From positions 10,974,001-11,038,000 of the forward strand of contig OZ249437.1 of assembly GCA_965235115.1 (NCBI GenBank): DNA of 64,000 bases, given 5' to 3'. The DNA comes from Laetmonice hystrix (taxonomy: Eukaryota). Both the position numbers and the translations under genes were made by a program. Of this stretch, positions 61,667-64,000 are shown piece by piece; the first letter of the stretch is position 1; the number at the start of each line of letters is the position of its first letter. Under the pieces are notes generated by a model, which was not told the DNA's origin, did not search any database, and was given only the letters and a program-made list of their open reading frames with translations.

Positions 61667-63835
61667 CATACTCTCCAAATGCTCCAAATATTCACCAAAT
61701 ACTCTCACAATCGCGATCTTTTCAGTAGTACAAGTACCTTCTCCAGAGATGCCACTCTTCCACTTTTTAATGGAATTCCACTTTTTCTCTCCTCCCCTCA
61801 AAAATGTTTTTTCCCCTATAAATATTACTAATAAAACTTATCTTCCTGCAATTCAAGTGTACCAGGATGTTCAGACACGGTTCTATGTGTAACTTATAAC
61901 GTTAGGCCTATATCACGTACATACTACTGGTTCCCATCCTAATGGATGGCATCTGCATCTACCCAGCCTCTCCCCGAGTGCCTGCCCCTGGCTGCCGGTA
62001 GGACGGGCTATCGAGCGCTGCCACGCCGGCTCCCCTTCAGCCCGTAGACCCGTTCCACTATTTTTCCACTTTTTAGTGGAACTTGGCAGTAGTTAACAGT
62101 CTAGCAAAATAGTGGAATACGGGCAAAACGGCTGCATGGCTGCTTGTTGCTGATTGGTCCAAAATCATTTGGATGGTTGAACCAGTGATAGGAATCCAAT
62201 CTCTCTTTAATCGTGAATGAAGACGCAATCAGCGAAAAACTTCAAGGGTTTTACTGAATTTAGCTTTATTTTCACCAGATTCGAGAAATATTTTAACGCC
62301 AGTTGTTTGCCTTGGCGCCAAGAGCATGGCTATTCTATCATGTATCCGTTCAGCACAGTGTTTTACCGTTAGTCGGTGTAACGCTATGGAGAAGTGGCGC
62401 TGTGGTCGTTAATGACTGGAGCATGGCAGGGTTACCACACAGACGTTGCATCAACGACCCCCCCCCCCCCCCCCCCCCCGTCTGCCTCTGTTATGCAGTT
62501 ATGCCCAGATGCCACAGGTGTCCGGGTGACTACTTGTAGGTGCTATTGGTGTGGTAAACCCCAGGATTCAGAGTGGCAACACATCAGAAGGACTCAGGGA
62601 TTTAGCTAGAGCGCGCCCACGCGCCATTGGCGCAAAATATTAACCAAATGTCCCCTTATTATAGCTTAGCTGCGTCATAATGTCCCACCTTGGAGGGCCT
62701 ACCTTGAGAGAGGCATGCCACCTAGTGTGATATAAAGAAGCGCCATCTATCGACTTAGTTCTCTATTACGTTATGGCCCAATCTCCCATAATGCAGAACG
62801 ATCTCTGTCTGGAGAGTGGTTATGGCCTTCACCTTCCTGCCCTAAAGACAGTTTTGTCTGGGTTGACTCATTTGTGAACACCAGTACTGTAGTATTATAT
62901 TAGGAACATGATAACAAGAACAACACATTATACAGTATTAGGCAAAACAGCAGTTGCCAGTGCTCCTCGTCAAGTGACTCAGTTGTCCCCCAAATATTAA
63001 AAATGTCCCCTAGTATTCTGGGCACGGGACATGGTGTCCCTCTTTTTCAAAATCCTGGCTTAATCCCTGAGGACTTACAGCCATCCTCAATAGGTTTATG
63101 GGGCGAGGAGATGGTCATTGTTGGCAAAAATGTATATTTTGGATTTTCCACTTTTTTTTCAAAGTGGGAGTGGCAACTCTGCTTCTCTGCTCCGGCCATT
63201 TTCACTGAGGTCGTAATAATGTCAAACGCATGCATTAAAAATTCAGGCTGCTACTTTACGTCCATATGAATGTGGGACTGTTTTCTGCTATGATTCACTG
63301 GACTGGACACTCACTTTTTTTGTGCCATGCTCTTGTGATGATCTTGTCGTCTGCTACAAGGACACGCAGGAAGGAAATTACCCGGGCCAGTAGCTTAATG
63401 TTGAGGGCTACATAATACTAGTATTACTACCACTACCAGTCTGCAAGCCTATCATGGATCCCTTCACCACTTGAGGCTAATTTTATAAGTAGTTGGGCCA
63501 CCATTTTTTTATTGACAACTTACTTACCCAAATGGGTGAACAAGTATTTCTGCTTAATGGAAAACACTGTTGGAACTAGACTTGTCATTGCATCTGTGAT
63601 AGCTTTAAAAGTAGGGGTTCTGAGGGCAATCCTGCCAACTTTCCCCGGACCATGGGGTCTAAATCCCCCCTGCAGTTATCTTTTGAGTGTGGCCATCTGT
63701 TGGTATATACGGTACATACACAAATAGTTCCAAGGTTCCACCAGCTCAACCGTTTTTTTCACAAATGATGCCACTACCCTCCCTCCCTAGGATTTCAGTA
63801 TGTTTTTCTAATATTCATAATGATTGATATTGCAG

Positions 63836-63958
63836 ACCATGATAAAATGTTCAAGATGAGTGACAAGCTGATGATGGCTGTGTGCGGTGAGTCTGGTGAC
63901 ACTGTCCAGTTTGCAGAGTACATCTCTAAGAACATTCAACTCTACAAAATGAGGAATG
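63836..63958 (+). CDS. PSMB2: PSMB2 exon 2 ([42 protein letters not shown]); the gene continues beyond the window
   Basis: Contains the hallmark [20 protein letters not shown] motif. TGCAG acceptor, G|GTGAG donor. 123 nt, phase 1/1. Confidence 0.96.
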
Positions 63959-64000
63959 GTGAGTTGTGGTATGCTTCACTAAAAGAAAATGAAAATATAC

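Overview
AT-rich (~40% GC), intron-rich animal DNA, probably an invertebrate deuterostome such as an echinoderm (inferred from repeat style and gene structure). Two housekeeping genes sit head-to-head. A complete EB1/MAPRE gene lies on the minus strand (CDS 57336 to 34802, 274 aa, C-terminal EEEY). The first two coding exons of PSMB2 lie on the plus strand from 59983. The top finding is that EB1 carries two tandem 107-nt homologous exons (45652-45758 and 43281-43387) encoding alternative versions of part of the microtubule-binding CH domain, the signature of mutually exclusive splicing. An intronic 11-nt perfect complement could mask the 5' splice site of the second copy. At 18582-23164 there is a young Ngaro-type (DIRS order) retrotransposon with split direct repeats A1..B1-A2-B2 that look identical, intact Gag and RT-RNaseH ORFs, a precise ATT integration junction, and a frameshifted, internally deleted tyrosine recombinase. 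The rest is minisatellites, MITE/foldback elements and LINE and Tc1/mariner remnants. A badly decayed extracellular multidomain gene may lie at 2-17.5 kb. There is no CRISPR array, and I recognised no rRNA or tRNA.
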